From Eledone cirrhosa (lineage: Eukaryota), in assembly GCA_964016885.1 (NCBI GenBank), contig OZ024757.1, positions 6,882,001 through 6,946,000 on the forward strand: DNA of 64,000 nt, read 5' to 3'. Both the position numbers and the translations under genes were made by a program. Under the pieces are notes generated by a model. The model was not told the origin of the DNA, searched no databases, and saw only the letters and a list, made by a program, of their open reading frames with translations. Within the stretch, counting starts at the first letter, position 1. The number at the start of each line of letters is the position of its first letter. Positions 46,316 through 59,509 of the stretch are shown here, in pieces.

Positions 46316-46569
46316 TATTTATTCAAAGTAATCCAACTTATGTTACTCAGGGGATAAAAAAATTATAAACCGTACGTAGTCCCGCACTCCTCCTTTTATT
46401 ATAGTTTAGATTCATACGTTCAATAGATATGCTAGTACTTTATTCAGATTTGAATAAATAACGTTATTAATGTTATATAACTGTTCATATTAAACCAAAA
46501 CACATTATTAAAGGTAATAAAATATTTAAGTAATGAAAAAAAAAAAACGAATCAAACAACGAAAATAAT

Positions 46570-46749
46570 TGTTTCTACTTTTGGCACAAGGCCAGCAGTT
46601 ATCCCAGTGTATTACTGGTACTTTATTTTATCGACCTCGTAAGGATGAAAGGCAAAGTTAACCTCGGCGGGATTTGAACTCAGATCATAAAGGGAGGTAA
46701 CTCTATGCTACAAAGCTTGGCGTCCGACGCTCTACCGACACTGCCAATC
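46570..46749 (-). mobile_element. tRNA-head SINE with TSD
   Basis: Flanked by direct repeat CAACGAAAATAAT (46557-46569, 46750-46762). Confidence 0.9.
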
Positions 46750-47526
46750 CAACGAAAATAATGGGAGAGGGACAGACTTTATATTTCAGTCTGAGCTGTG
46801 ATTCAGCCCCACCCTACAGACAAAATGGCAAAGGTGTCACCACAGAGAATAGCCAGAGTCGCCCACTGCAACATCCACCCCACCTCATGGGACTACTTCC
46901 TCAAGGGGGCTGCTGTGCTTCTAATTTTGAGAAGGAAATCAGCAGTGTGGGGACAAAGAGGAAGTGGTTTGTCAGGCCCCAGTATTTAACTATCTCCCTT
47001 TTCTCTCTATTGCAGGTAGTAAAGCCTGGGTTTGTGGCTGCAGGGAAAATGTTGGAGGCAGGGAATGATCCAACCCATGCTAAACCTCCAACTAAAGCTG
47101 ATACTTGTCTTTTTCAGCTGTGGAGATTAGAGACATGTGGAATGATGTGTCTTGCTTAAGGACACAATGTACCTCCCTAACTGACAATTGAAAACATGAT
47201 ATTACCATATGATGTATGACTTCACTATACAATATATATGTGTTTGTATACATATATATAGTATATATTTGTGTATACATTGTCTCATTCCATGAGAGTA
47301 ACTTGGTCAGTCTATGAACTCCTCATCCGACCCTTCTATATGTATATACATGTTTGTCAGTGTGTGTGTACATATGTATATAGAATATTGTCACAACTAC
47401 TATATACACCACATATACACTATATATAATATTGTCCAATATATATAGACTATATGTCATGTTGTCCAAGGGAAAGGCTGATATAGATCAGCACCAGTGA
47501 CATTACAACTATTATATACACTATAT

Positions 47527-49434
47527 ATCATCATCATCATTATCATTTAATGTCTATCTTCCACGCTAGCATGGGTTAGACGGGAATTGTCCCACTTGAG
47601 GCAAGATTGATTGGGTGACCGTGTCTCGCTCGTATAGGACTGTATCTGGCAGGTTTTCTACAGCTGGATGCCCTTCCTAACACCAACCACATTTCCAGTG
47701 TGGACTGGGAGTCTTTTCGTGATGTCACCTACACTACCTCTTTAGTTTGGACTGGATGTTGTGGCACCAACATAACTTTACAGAGACAGGGTAGTGTTGG
47801 TGGGAAGATGGAGTAGGGGTTGTGGGTTGGGGTGTATATTTGGTTAGGAGGGGCCTACTGACTGTAGGTTAACTTTGCACGTAGGGAAGGCAGGTCTTCT
47901 CTGTTGCTGTGTGGTGCCATATATCTCAATCCAGTGACATTGTCTAAGAGAGGTGTAAGTGTGTAAGGTTGGATTTTATGTCGTCCCAGGTTTTTCTGGG
48001 TCTACCTACTCCATAACTTCCATCAATTTTGATCTCCCTGCACTTTTTTATAAAGCTGTCATCTTTCATGTGCATCACATGACCATACCAATGTAATCTT
48101 CTCTCAAGTAAACAGCATCTGATCCCTCTTATTCCTAATTCTCACTTAGTTTGTTTATGTTTTGCCGTTCATGTATATTACACGTCCAACGGAGCATGCA
48201 TACCTCATTCCTTTCCAATCTGTGCAGGTCCTCTGCACACAATGCCCATGTTTCACTGCCATGTAGCATTGCTGTTCGTATGCAGGCATCATACAATCTG
48301 CCTTTCATTTTTAGAGAGAAACTTTTTGTGTCTAGCAGCAGTATTAGCTCTCTGAACTTTTTCCATCCCATTCTAACTCTGGCTACTACACTTTCAGAGC
48401 ACCCTCCCGCACTCTGATTTTGTCACCCAGGCAATGGAAAGTGTCCACTATTTCTATAGAACCATCTGGGCAGTAGAAGGTGCTAGTATCCTGTGGGTAC
48501 TTGCTGCTTATTTCACCTGAGCATCGGCCACCTATAAAATCTAGATTCTTAGATAGCTTACTTGTGATCTCACTACATCTTTTATGTACCCATAGTTTGT
48601 ATTTGTGGCATAGAATGGAATTTCTACCTACTCCTTTCCTACACACTGAGCATGGCACCGGTGCCCTATTTTCTTTTCTACATACTAGACATTTAGTCTT
48701 AGACAAGTTAACTTTAAGGCCTTTTGATTCTAGGCGATGCTTCCATTTTTGGAATTTCTTCTGTAGTTCAGCCATAGATTCGGCTAGGAGAGTTAGATCA
48801 TCTGAATATAGAAGTTCCCGTGGGCAGCTGGTCTTAAACCCCTCTGTTATAGCCTGAAGGGCAATAGTAAACAGGACGAAGCTAAGGATGGGGCCTTGGT
48901 GAACCCCTACTTTTACACTAAATTCTTCACTATATTCATTGTTAATTCTAACCTTGCTGACTGTTCCTCTATACATGGCTTGTATAGCTCTCACAAGCCA
49001 TTCATTTACTCCTAGTTTTCTAAGGGTCCACCAGATAATGGAGTGTGGGACTCTGTCAAAGGCTTTCTCCAAGTCAACAAAAGCTAAGTATAAGGGGTTT
49101 ACTTTTAACTGGGTACTTCTCCTGTAGTTGCTGTACATGGAAAATAGCATCTGTGGTACTTTTTACCTGGCACGAACCCAAACTACATTTCATCTTGATC
49201 AATTCTGTCTCTGATTAGCTGTGCTATAACTCTTTCTGTGACCTTCATGACCTGGTCAACTACCTTAATGCCTCTATAGTTTCCTCTATTTAGAGCATCT
49301 CCTTTGCCCTTGTAGCAGTTAACGATGATGCTGCTACGCCAGTCATTTGGTATGACCCCATTCTGTATTACTTGTATACTATCTGGGTGTCCACAGTATG
49401 TCCCACCATTCCAGATACTTTCAGCATCTCAACA
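47527..49434 (-). mobile_element. RTE LINE 3' half, inverted duplicate of 6575-8455
   Basis: Shares the unusual QGPILSF and YSDD variants and the same deletion before PCSVC. Confidence 0.92.
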
Positions 49435-49439
49435 GTGGC

Positions 49440-51150
49440 CCTATTCTATATTTATAAAAGAAGTAGGCATAAACTCTACAGAATGTACACAATGTAAATC
49501 TTGGATACACAAGTGATGTAGTGGGATATCGGGTTGGCTAACAGGAAGGGAAGAGTTTGTATGTAAAAGATACACAGGAGTAATTGAGGAGAAGTGTGTC
49601 AATGATATAAGCCTATTCCAATGACGGGAAGGATCCATAGAAGTGGTTGACAGCTTCTGTTATCTAGGTGACATAATTAGCAGCAGAGGAGGGTACCCTG
49701 AGAACATAATAGCTAGAATAAGGAGAGGATGGGGGAAGTTTAGAAAGCTACTCCCACTGTTGATAAATGTTTTCTCCCTATGTACAAAAGGATGACTGTA
49801 TGATGTTTGTGTGTGAATTGTGATGCTACATGGTAGTGAAACATGGGGTGTGACTGCAGAGGATATGTGGTGCTACATGGTAGTGAAACATGGGCAGTGA
49901 CTGCAGAGGATATGTGGTGCTACATGGTAGTGAAACATGGGCTGTGACTGAAGAGGACATGTGGTGCTACATGGGCTGTGACTGCAGAGGACATGTGGTG
50001 CTACATGGTAGTGAAACATGGGCTGTGACTGCAGAGGATATGTGGTGCTACATGTTAGTGAAACATGGACAGTGACTGCAGAGGACATGTGGTGCTACAT
50101 GGTAGTGAAACATGGGCTGTGACTGCAGAGGATATGCATTGTCTTGAAAGAAATGAAGCAGCCATGCTTCAGTGGATGTGGAAGAAAGACGGGGCTTGGA
50201 TGAACTGAGGGAGAAACTGGGTTTAAGAGTAATCCGAAGTGGTGTGCAAGACAGAAGACTGTGTTGGTACGGACATTTGGTGTACATAGATGATGATCAT
50301 TGGGTGAAGAAGTGCCAGGGAATCCCAGTGGAATGAAGCTACAGTAGAGGTAGACCAAGAAAGACCTGGACAGAGGTGATGAAAGCTGATCTCAAATTAC
50401 TGAGATTCACAGAGGAGATGACAGAGGAATGGGGAAAGTGGAGAGATGTTGTGCTGAAATGGACCCATCCAACCCATGCAAGTATTGGAAATCTGTTGTA
50501 AAAAGGATAATGATGGTGATGATATATATGATGCTGTATGCAGGAGAGGAGATTACATTGATATGGACATGTGATGTGTATAAAGGATGACAGCAGTATA
50601 CAAAGGTGCAGGTTACTCAAAGTTGATGGAAGCTATGGAGTAGACTTGGGATGAGGTGATAAAAGCTGACTTTGCACAATTACACATCTCACAAATGATA
50701 ACACAGGATTGAGATATCTGGCATTATGTAGTTATACCGAGGACTTGCCCTCCAATGTGCATGGTTAAAGTATACATCTAGTATGCACATCCTACCATAC
50801 CCTCCCCCTTTCACCCAATTCCCACGCCCTAACACACCTCCCCCCACCCATGTCCTAACACTCCACATACACCCAAACGCCCCACCCTTCACCAGATAAG
50901 TGCCCCACATTTGATCAATCTCCCCACCCCAGCCCATAGTCGACACTGTAATGTGATCGTCTTGGTGCCACGACAAAAAGTATCCAGTCCATACTGTAAA
51001 GTAGTCATTTTGGTGCCATGATAGTGCCCAGTCCACACTGGGCTCATTTTGGTGATACTGAAGAAAGCACCCAGTACACACTGCAAATGGAGTTGACGTT
51101 ATGAAGGCTATTCAGTCATGGAAACCAAGATACGGTCATCTGATCTGAAT
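49440..51150 (+). mobile_element. Two consecutive RTE 3' fragments
   Basis: YLGDIISSRGG, LHGSETW, WYGH, RGRPRKTW remnants; second tail from about 50525. Confidence 0.8.
49824..50137 (+). repeat. 47-bp minisatellite amplified from RTE coding sequence, ~7 units
   Basis: Unit GTGCTACATGGTAGTGAAACATGGGCTGTGACTGCAGAGGATATGTG (LHGSETWAVTAEDM). Confidence 0.92.
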
Positions 51151-51788
51151 TGGGGTTGATTTAATCAACTTTGCCCCTCTCCTAAATCTGCTGCTCTTGA
51201 GCCTAATTTACAAATCAACAGAGATTTAACTAGTTTTAGCAAATAATATTTGTTGCTTCATATTTCTTGAAACATTTCTTATAATTTACTGTGACTAACA
51301 ACAATCAGTAAACTATACCATCACTACCCCCAATGATACAAACCTGGACAGTGTGGGAGAATTCTCTCAGGCATGGAGAACACTAGGTACCAGTTACCTT
51401 GTGGTCCCAGGAGAGGACAGAATAGTGAAAGAGGGTTACCCTGGGGGACAGTGAGTGAGATGTGTTGAAATAGCTTTTAAAACTTGTGGGGGCTCACACC
51501 TGTGTGTGGCCAACTCCACCCTGATAACAGTTAGTAGGGAGGTGGTATAGGGACCAAGAATGCCAGAAATCTCCATTACTACAACTTCAACAACAAACAA
51601 CTAATACTTCAACAGTTTGTGATATTTTGTGACTAAGTTTTCATTTTTCTTGTTACTTTAGGGAAACAATGATACCACCAAAGTTAGTGGCCCTATAACC
51701 AGGATATTGTCAAATTTCTAAATTTCAGTTGTAAAATATACGAGGAGTGATAGAATTTCAATGATTTTAAACAATATTGAAGTGTTTG

Positions 51789-52290
51789 TGTTAGATGTAT
51801 TAACACTACTTACAAGATGATATCATTACATATGGTGTTAATAACAGAGATTTAGATGGGTGTTAGATGTATTAAAACTACTTACAAGATGGTATCATTA
51901 CATATGGTGTTAATAACAGAGATTTAGATGAGTGTTAGATGTATTAAAACTACTTACAAGATGGTATCATTACATATGGTGTTAATAACAGAGATTTAGA
52001 TGGGTGTTAGATGTATTAAAACTACTTACAAGATGATATCATTACATATGGTGTTAATAACAGAGATTTAGATGGGTGTTAGATGTATTAAAACTATGTA
52101 CAAGGTGATATCATTACATATGGTGTTAATAACAGATTTAGTTGGGTGTTAGATGTATTAAAACTACTTACAAGATGATATCATTACATATGGTGTTAAT
52201 AACAGAGATTTAGATGGGTGTTAGATGTATTAAAACTACTTACAAGATGATATCATTACATATGGTGTTAATAACAGAGATTTAGTTGGC
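51789..52290. repeat. 72-bp minisatellite, ~7 units
   Basis: Unit GTGTTAGATGTATTAAAACTACTTACAAGATGATATCATTACATATGGTGTTAATAACAGAGATTTAGATGG; single copy in the paralogous region at about 39445-39515. Confidence 0.93.
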
Positions 52291-52959
52291 AAAATAACAA
52301 AAAGTTGAAGTTACAGACTTGATAAATTCCTTAAATATAATTCTTTTATTAACAACAAATAGAATGAAATTTAGGACATAAATACTATTTACAAAATTAA
52401 TTATCAAAAATTAATAAATTGTTTACAAAACAATGAAATCAATAAAAAAAAGGTAGTCAGAAAGAAAAAGAAAAACAGGTAAAACTACTCCTTCAATTAC
52501 TGTAACAGAGAATGTTGGTGTTACCCTCTAAAATTTCTGAGACTAGACACTCACAGCATTACCTCAGATGATAGAGGGCCCTCCAATTACACACTACAAC
52601 AGGGAATGTTGGTGTAGGGCTCTAAAAGTTATCAAAGCAGAGAAGACATTACCTCAGGTGATAGAGGGTCCCTTAATTACACACACTATAGCAGGGAATG
52701 TTGGTGTTGACAAACCAATGCTGAAATTTCTGGCATAGATTTAAAATTAATTAAAAAAGTCAAGAATAGATCAGAGAAAGGTTTTCATTTCGAATGAAAA
52801 TATATTTGTAAAAATGGCCAGCAATGTTTGGAGTCTATCAAACTGCCAAGTATTCACATTTGATATTGGTGGAAAATAAGTTTAGATTTGTAAGAGGAAG
52901 GATGTCTCATGTTTCACAGTTTAAAACTTTCCTTCCTCTCTATGTTTGTGTCTAAGTAA

Positions 52960-53400
<441 letters not shown>

Positions 53401-54566
53401 AGGCTTTTCTCCAGTGTGAGTACGTATGTGGACAATGAGATCAGGAGAATTTGTAAAAGATTTCCCACATATTTCACAGTGATAGGGTCTCTCTCCAGTG
53501 TGTGTTCTTTTGTGTACAGTTAAAGAACGGCTTGTTACAAAAGAGTTCCTACATATTTCACAGTGATAGGGTTCCTCTCCAGTGTGTGTTCTTTTGTGTA
53601 CAGTTAAAGAACGGCTTGTTACAAAAGATTTCCCACATATTTCACAGTGATAGGGTTCCTCTCCAGTGTGTGTTCTTTTGTGTACAGTTAAAGAACGGCT
53701 TGTTACAAAAGATTTCCCACATATTTCACAGTGATAGGGTTCCTCTCCAGTGTGTGTTATTTTATGTATATTTAAAGAACTGCTTCTTACAAAAGATTTT
53801 CCACATATTTGACAATGGAAGTGTTTCTCTCCAGTGTGTCTTCTTCTGTGAACTAAAAGAACAGCACTATCAGCAAAATATTTCCCACATATTTCACAGT
53901 GAACAGGTTTCTCTCCAGTGTGAATACGTATATGTCTAACAAGATTAGCTTTCTCAGCGAAAGATTTCCCACATATTTCACAGTGAAATGGTTTTTCCCC
54001 ACTGTGATTACATAAATGCCTAATTAAATTGGTATTTTGGCTGAAAGATTTCCCACATGTTTCACATTTGAAAGGTTTTTCTCCAGTGTGTGTTCTTTTG
54101 TGGTTAGTTAAATCACCACTCCAACTGAAAGATTTTCCACATATTTCACAGTGATAGGGTTTGTCTTTAATATGTATGTGTTTGTGTGTAGATAATTCAT
54201 CTTCTGATGAGAAAGTTTTCCTACAAATCTCACAGCTATATTCAGGAATATTTCTGTGTAATGATCCTTGTTCAGTACATGTTTCACTAGGTAAAGGTTT
54301 GTCACCACTGTATGTCTCTGTAACTGCATCTATATTGGTAGAAACAGGTGTGGTAGAAATGTCCAAGTGTTTAACGTCCTCCATAGTAATTCTTGAAGAA
54401 TTCTTCAAAGTTCTGAAGATATATGACTGTGTAAGACAGATGTTGGTATAAGAAAGTGTAAGAGAGAGTGTGTGTGTGTTTGTGTCTTAATAAATGAGGA
54501 TTGTTCACCACGGAGTGTAGAAAAGTAGACAATATCTGCTGTGGTAACAATACAAATAATACGTAC

Positions 54567-54655
54567 TTTATATTTCAAGTCCAAGTGTAAAGTCAAGAAA
54601 GACCAAGAAAGCTAATTGTTCAGATGTTGGTGATTTAAACCTATTTCTCACTGTC
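54567..54655 (-). other. 89-nt candidate 5' non-coding exon (subfamily B version)
   Basis: TTTTACAG|GACAG...AAA|GTACGT. Confidence 0.6.
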
Positions 54656-55169
54656 CTGTAAAATGTGGAGCAACCAATTAACGATGTGGCGTAGTTTCTC
54701 ATGAAATGAAATATTTAATCATGTAGGAGATGGAACACCTACCCTGGAACATGTAGCTCACTCTATGTTATCTACAGAATATTAACTTTCACCATAACAT
54801 GAGATAATTGCTATACAAGATATAATTAGATTAATTAAAGTTATAATTAAGATAGCAGGTACGTGGTGTCGTTGGTAATGTTTCCCCGTTCTTAAATAAA
54901 ACCGGTGTCATACGTTAAAAGTCCCTGACATAATTTAATACCTTCAAACCCATGGTAAAACAGGCAGCATCACTCAGTGAAATATTTATTACGTATCAAG
55001 GAGGGAGTCTCCTACCCGGTTACTTGACTTGGTAGAAATAGCAGCCAAATACCACTATCTACTGTCTTACAACAACAAAGACCATATTCTGCAGTTTACT
55101 CTCTCACACACACGTATATATATATATATATATGAGAATAAACGTGCTGCGTGGTTGCTAATGGGTTAC

Positions 55170-55280
55170 ATATGAATAAAGTTAGTCCTCCATCAGTGAT
55201 CTTCCAACCGTCATTGGTATTTCATCAAGCGATGAAATACCAATGATGGTTGGAAGATCACTGATGAAGGACTAACTTTA

Positions 55281-55287
<7 letters not shown>
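55170..55287. repeat. 118-bp fold-back palindrome with a CTGATGA box
   Basis: 57-bp arms with 2 mismatches around loop AAGC (55227-55230); CTGATGAAGG at 55261; lies between TA runs. Confidence 0.88.
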
Positions 55288-55369
<82 letters not shown>

Positions 55370-55510
55370 GATATGCCTCATATGAAATAATACAGCCAAT
55401 TTTCCAGCACCCCAAAAGCTTAATTAGGAATATACTCACTTATTTCCTAATGATTGTTGAGTGAGTTGGAATTTGGCCGGAGTATCGCTAAAAAGCTTTC
55501 TCTGATAATG

Positions 55511-55584
<74 letters not shown>

Positions 55585-56808
55585 GGCACTACAACGGAAT
55601 TGGCTGTCAGAAGTGAAAGTAGAAGAATGTGACGTCATTCGTCAACCTTCGTATATTTCCGTATCCCCACCCCCACCATGTGTAAATAAGTAAACTTTGA
55701 AATCACCACGTTGATGCATAGTCATAGTTATCAAGTTAGAAAACAAATGAAGTTCAGGAGGCCGACACTACCGACTTTCTTAAAAAAAAACAATTTAACG
55801 CGGGTAACTACAAGATAACCTTGTTCTGTGATACTGGTAGACATTGAAGAAAGTTTTCCCCATTGAGATTCTTTATGGATGGTTGATCCTCAGCTGCCAA
55901 GAACACAGGAGGGAATTAGTATAGAAAGTCCTTGACGATTGCTTGTGCTTTGGAAATATTTAAAATTCTCTATAATTTCCTTTTTATCAGGTCCCAAGCA
56001 GTAACACTTCGAATATTTCAATAAATATTAACCAGTTACTCCCGTTTTCGTTCTTTCTTTAATGTGGTAGGGGGTATAAGATTTGCCTGCTATTTCTAGC
56101 AACTTCAATGACCACATAATTGGTTTGTAATTTTGTTTTAAAGTGTAAGGGTTTACACAGCCATTTATGAATTTCTAAGAGATATGTTTACGATGAGATA
56201 CACTTATTAAAAATACTTTCATTGCATAGTTCCGTTCGTAAAGGCTTTAATTTACTGTACTACTCGGGAACCTTTTAATAACATACAGGATTAAGTCCAT
56301 GTTTTTCAACCAATTAATGGTATCTGCTGTAGTAGGGGTAGCGATGGAAATATGGCGATGATTAACTCCACGCTGGGGTATAATGTAGAATTCATATTTT
56401 TCAACTTGCAAATACGTGTATTATCCCAAAGTGAAAAACCAAGTTTTACATCAACGTGGTGATTTCAAAGTGTATTTATTTACACATGGTGGTGGTGGGG
56501 ATTGTGTGAGAGTCTGCATTGGTGGTGTTAGCGTAATCGATGTGTTTGCAAATCTACTCACTTTACTGTATCCATGCTATTGAAACATTATTGAAATATA
56601 TAAATATATTTTCATTTGAAAACAAATCGATTACGCCAACTTGTTTTCTAATTTGATATACAGAGCGAAATAAATATATTTTCATTGATTACTACGCTAA
56701 CGTAAATAAACATTAATAAACCCGTGGTGATACGGAAATAAACGAAGGTTGACGAATGACGTCACATTCTTCTACTTTCACTTCTGACAGCCAATTCCGT
56801 TGTAGTGC
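55585..56808. mobile_element. Long-TIR non-autonomous DNA element, copy 3 (both termini present)
   Basis: GGCACTACAACGGAATTGGCTGTCAGAAGTG... at 55585 and its reverse complement ending at 56808 (about 80 bp near-perfect); no clear TSD. Confidence 0.72.
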
Positions 56809-56847
56809 TTTTAAGTTTACCGTTAGGCATATATTTTATATTTATTA

Positions 56848-56956
56848 AGAGTTTCTGATGAAATGGTTTGATTTAAATGTATTGTAAGTTGATTTATACT
56901 TCTCCAGTATTAGTAATTTATAGACAATTCCACCATGGAAACAATTGTAAGACTAT
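56848..56956 (+). ncRNA. Type I hammerhead ribozyme motif (duplicate of 1408-1516)
   Basis: CTGATGA 56855-56861, GAAA 56938-56941, C-AATT-G, TA, stem I AGTTT/AGACT. Confidence 0.6.
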
Positions 56957-57158
56957 AATTAAATACCCTTGATTGTTTTGTCAACCATGTTATTCTTAAC
57001 TTTGTTATTACTCCAAGATATATTTACATAGGAAGACAAGCACAATTGTCCCCGTAGTAAACATCTTGTTGAGTCCCATACTACCGTGTGCTTAAACTGT
57101 CCATGAGACGTTTTCGTAGACTCTTATCGGATTACCTTTAACATTTTATTGTTATACT

Positions 57159-57204
<46 letters not shown>

Positions 57205-57802
57205 GAATAGTATAGAAATTATTGTAGCAAGAAGCCAACAGTATTCCATAATATATAAGTGACCATAGCGTCAAATATATATATATAAATACACAAAAAT
57301 ACACATACACACACATATCCATATATATATATACACACAAATACGCATATACATGCGTATACACATACATATAAGCGCACGTAGACACAAACATAGACAT
57401 ACATACATACGGCCACTCATACAAATACGTACATACATACACTCATAAATATACACATATACACTCATAAATATACACATATATACACACACATATACAG
57501 TACACATATACAGTATAAAGATGAAGTACGCTCCACATGCGAAAAATGATTGTATCTTCATTTGTGTATATGTATATCTATATGTGAGTATAATTAGGTG
57601 TGTATAAATATGTGTATGTGTGTGTACATATGTGTATATTTATATATGTGTTCTTATATAGATGTGTGCACATCTGGATATATGTTCAGTGTCTGCTCTA
57701 GCTCTCAGAGTAAAAATCCCACTGAGGTGAAGCTGCTTCTATATTTTGAGGTCCATAAATGAAATACTGATTCTGTCTGTTTGTCATTGTCTGTCTACTC
57801 TC

Positions 57803-57836
<34 letters not shown>

Positions 57837-57872
57837 GCCCCCCCCCTCTCTCTCTCTATATATATATATATA

Positions 57873-57906
<34 letters not shown>

Positions 57907-57983
57907 ACAAAGGAAGTGTGGTAAGGAACCAGGTGGACCATAACGCACCAGAGTACTCAATACGTAGAGTAGTAGAGTGGGAA

Positions 57984-58095
57984 ATAGGAAAAAGTATGAC
58001 CCCGACGGCAGAGCTCAAGCCGTTTCGACAGCTATTTCTGGACTCGAAGTAGCCGTCGAAACGGCTTGAGCTCTGCCGTCGGGGTCATACTTTTT

Positions 58096-58100
<5 letters not shown>
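57984..58100. repeat. 117-bp fold-back palindrome carrying hammerhead stem II, GAAA, stem III and GUC
   Basis: Outer 46 bp perfect; GAAA-CGGC-TTGAGCTCT-GCCG-TC-GGGGTCA at 58058-58087. Confidence 0.88.
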
Positions 58101-58140
<40 letters not shown>

Positions 58141-58144
58141 AATT

Positions 58145-58680
58145 ATAATTGAATATAAAAGAAAACCGAACACAGATATATACATATATGTGTTCAAATC
58201 GAAAGGGGCCAGATTTACCAAGGTGAAAAGAATACTAACTATAGACAATAGGGTTTGCCTGTCTCAATTTAAGAATAAATCAAGAAAATAAATACAAACC
58301 GGAATTGTGGTAACTACCAATCACCCAGTCAGCTCTTGGTGCTGTTTCGCAATATTAATTGTGAATAGAAATACCAATTCTTGCTCATCAGTGGGTGATG
58401 AATTAGTATCCTAGACACTTCTAAGTATATTAAGTAACTGAATAGTGTGCTATATATAACAACGCACATGGTATCTTAGCGTGTCTCACAAACTTACACC
58501 ACTAACAATAGCAGCCAGGTTTATTCGACATTTGAAATAGCTCAACAAATTAACGGAGCCGAATATATAATTGAATATAAAAGAAAAACGAACTCAGATA
58601 TATACATATATGTGTTCAAATCGGTTTGTATTTATTTTCTTGATTTATTCTTAAATAGAGACAGGCAAACCCTATTGTCT
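58145..58680 (-). mobile_element. Penelope-like pLTR remnant with direct and inverted terminal repeats
   Basis: 58145-58201 repeated directly at 58567-58623; 58243-58301 inverted at 58622-58680; hammerhead motif inside. Confidence 0.7.
58320..58399 (-). ncRNA. Type I hammerhead ribozyme, near-canonical, with U16.1 changed to A
   Basis: ATCACCCA-CTGATGA-GCAA...TTGC-GAAA-CAGC-accaaga-GCTG-AC-TGGGTGAT; stem I 8 bp perfect, stems II and III perfect; site reads GAC rather than GUC. Confidence 0.85.
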
Positions 58681-58689
58681 TGGCGCACC

Positions 58690-59454
58690 TGAAGCCTGGT
58701 ATACCTTCCTAGAGTGCTTGGAAAAATTGATTTCCGTATCTTTCGCTAGGCGATATCCTTCGGAAGGGCTGACACGCGGTAAGGTTGGGCCGGCGGAGCC
58801 TGAAGTCGCCGCATGCTGTTTGACTGCTAAACAAAGACATAATCTTTACTCTATAATACAATTTAAGTTTCTTCATAAAAGACTCTTTCTTTACTTAAAC
58901 CTCACAAATTTTAAACTGTTTAATTTTCAATTTTCTAATTTCTTAAATTTTATAATGTTAATATTAAATATTAAATTTTTGTAACTTCATCCTATAAATC
59001 TAAACACAAATTTAATATTCCAATCTTCTGCTCACACATTGTAACATGCAGACCCCCACTATATTTACCTCTGTTAAGATACGGGTCCTTTAGAATAAAA
59101 TTTTTTCGCGCCACTCCTCGCCTGACTAGCTTGACATTAGTACGTACTTCTCTTCCTCTTTCTTTCTGTCTTTCTTCTTGTAGCTCGACATTAACGCTGA
59201 CTTTTCTTCTTCTTCCTTTTCTTCCCCTTTCTTTCTGTCTTTTTTCGTGTAGCATGATATTAACGCTGACTTATCTTCCTCTCCCTTTCTATTTGACCGT
59301 GAGGGTAGTAGCACACTAAAAGTTTTACCCCCCTCACCAGATGGCCTCAAGTAGACTGAATAGCCAACACTTTAGGGCGACCGGCTGAAGTGGAAGATGG
59401 CGGCCCGCGTTCCAAAATACGTTATCCCGTGCAACGCCGGGTACCACTGCTAGT
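58690..59454 (-). mobile_element. 5' part of a Helitron/Helentron-type non-autonomous element
   Basis: Minus strand starts ACTAGCAGTGGTACCCGGCGTTGCACGGG; internal 50-60 bp purine-rich tandem units at 59130-59290. Left boundary uncertain. Confidence 0.45.
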
Positions 59455-59509
59455 ATATATATATGTATATCAGAGGGTCTTAACGTTTACCCGACAACCA
59501 CTTCAACAC

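Noticed and set aside
46761-47159. 132-aa ATG ORF
   Set aside because: No recognisable domain; starts in a SINE TSD, and the paralogous sequence at 41480-41540 diverges after about 60 nt.
53502-53939. Plus-strand repeat ORF and similar antisense ORFs over LINEs and ZNF genes
   Set aside because: Antisense shadows of real coding or formerly coding frames.
54204-54215. CTGATGAGAAA in the ZNF gene, and CTGATGA at 4372 (CR1) and near 43000 (LINE remnant)
   Set aside because: Chance matches inside coding-derived sequence without the hammerhead stems.
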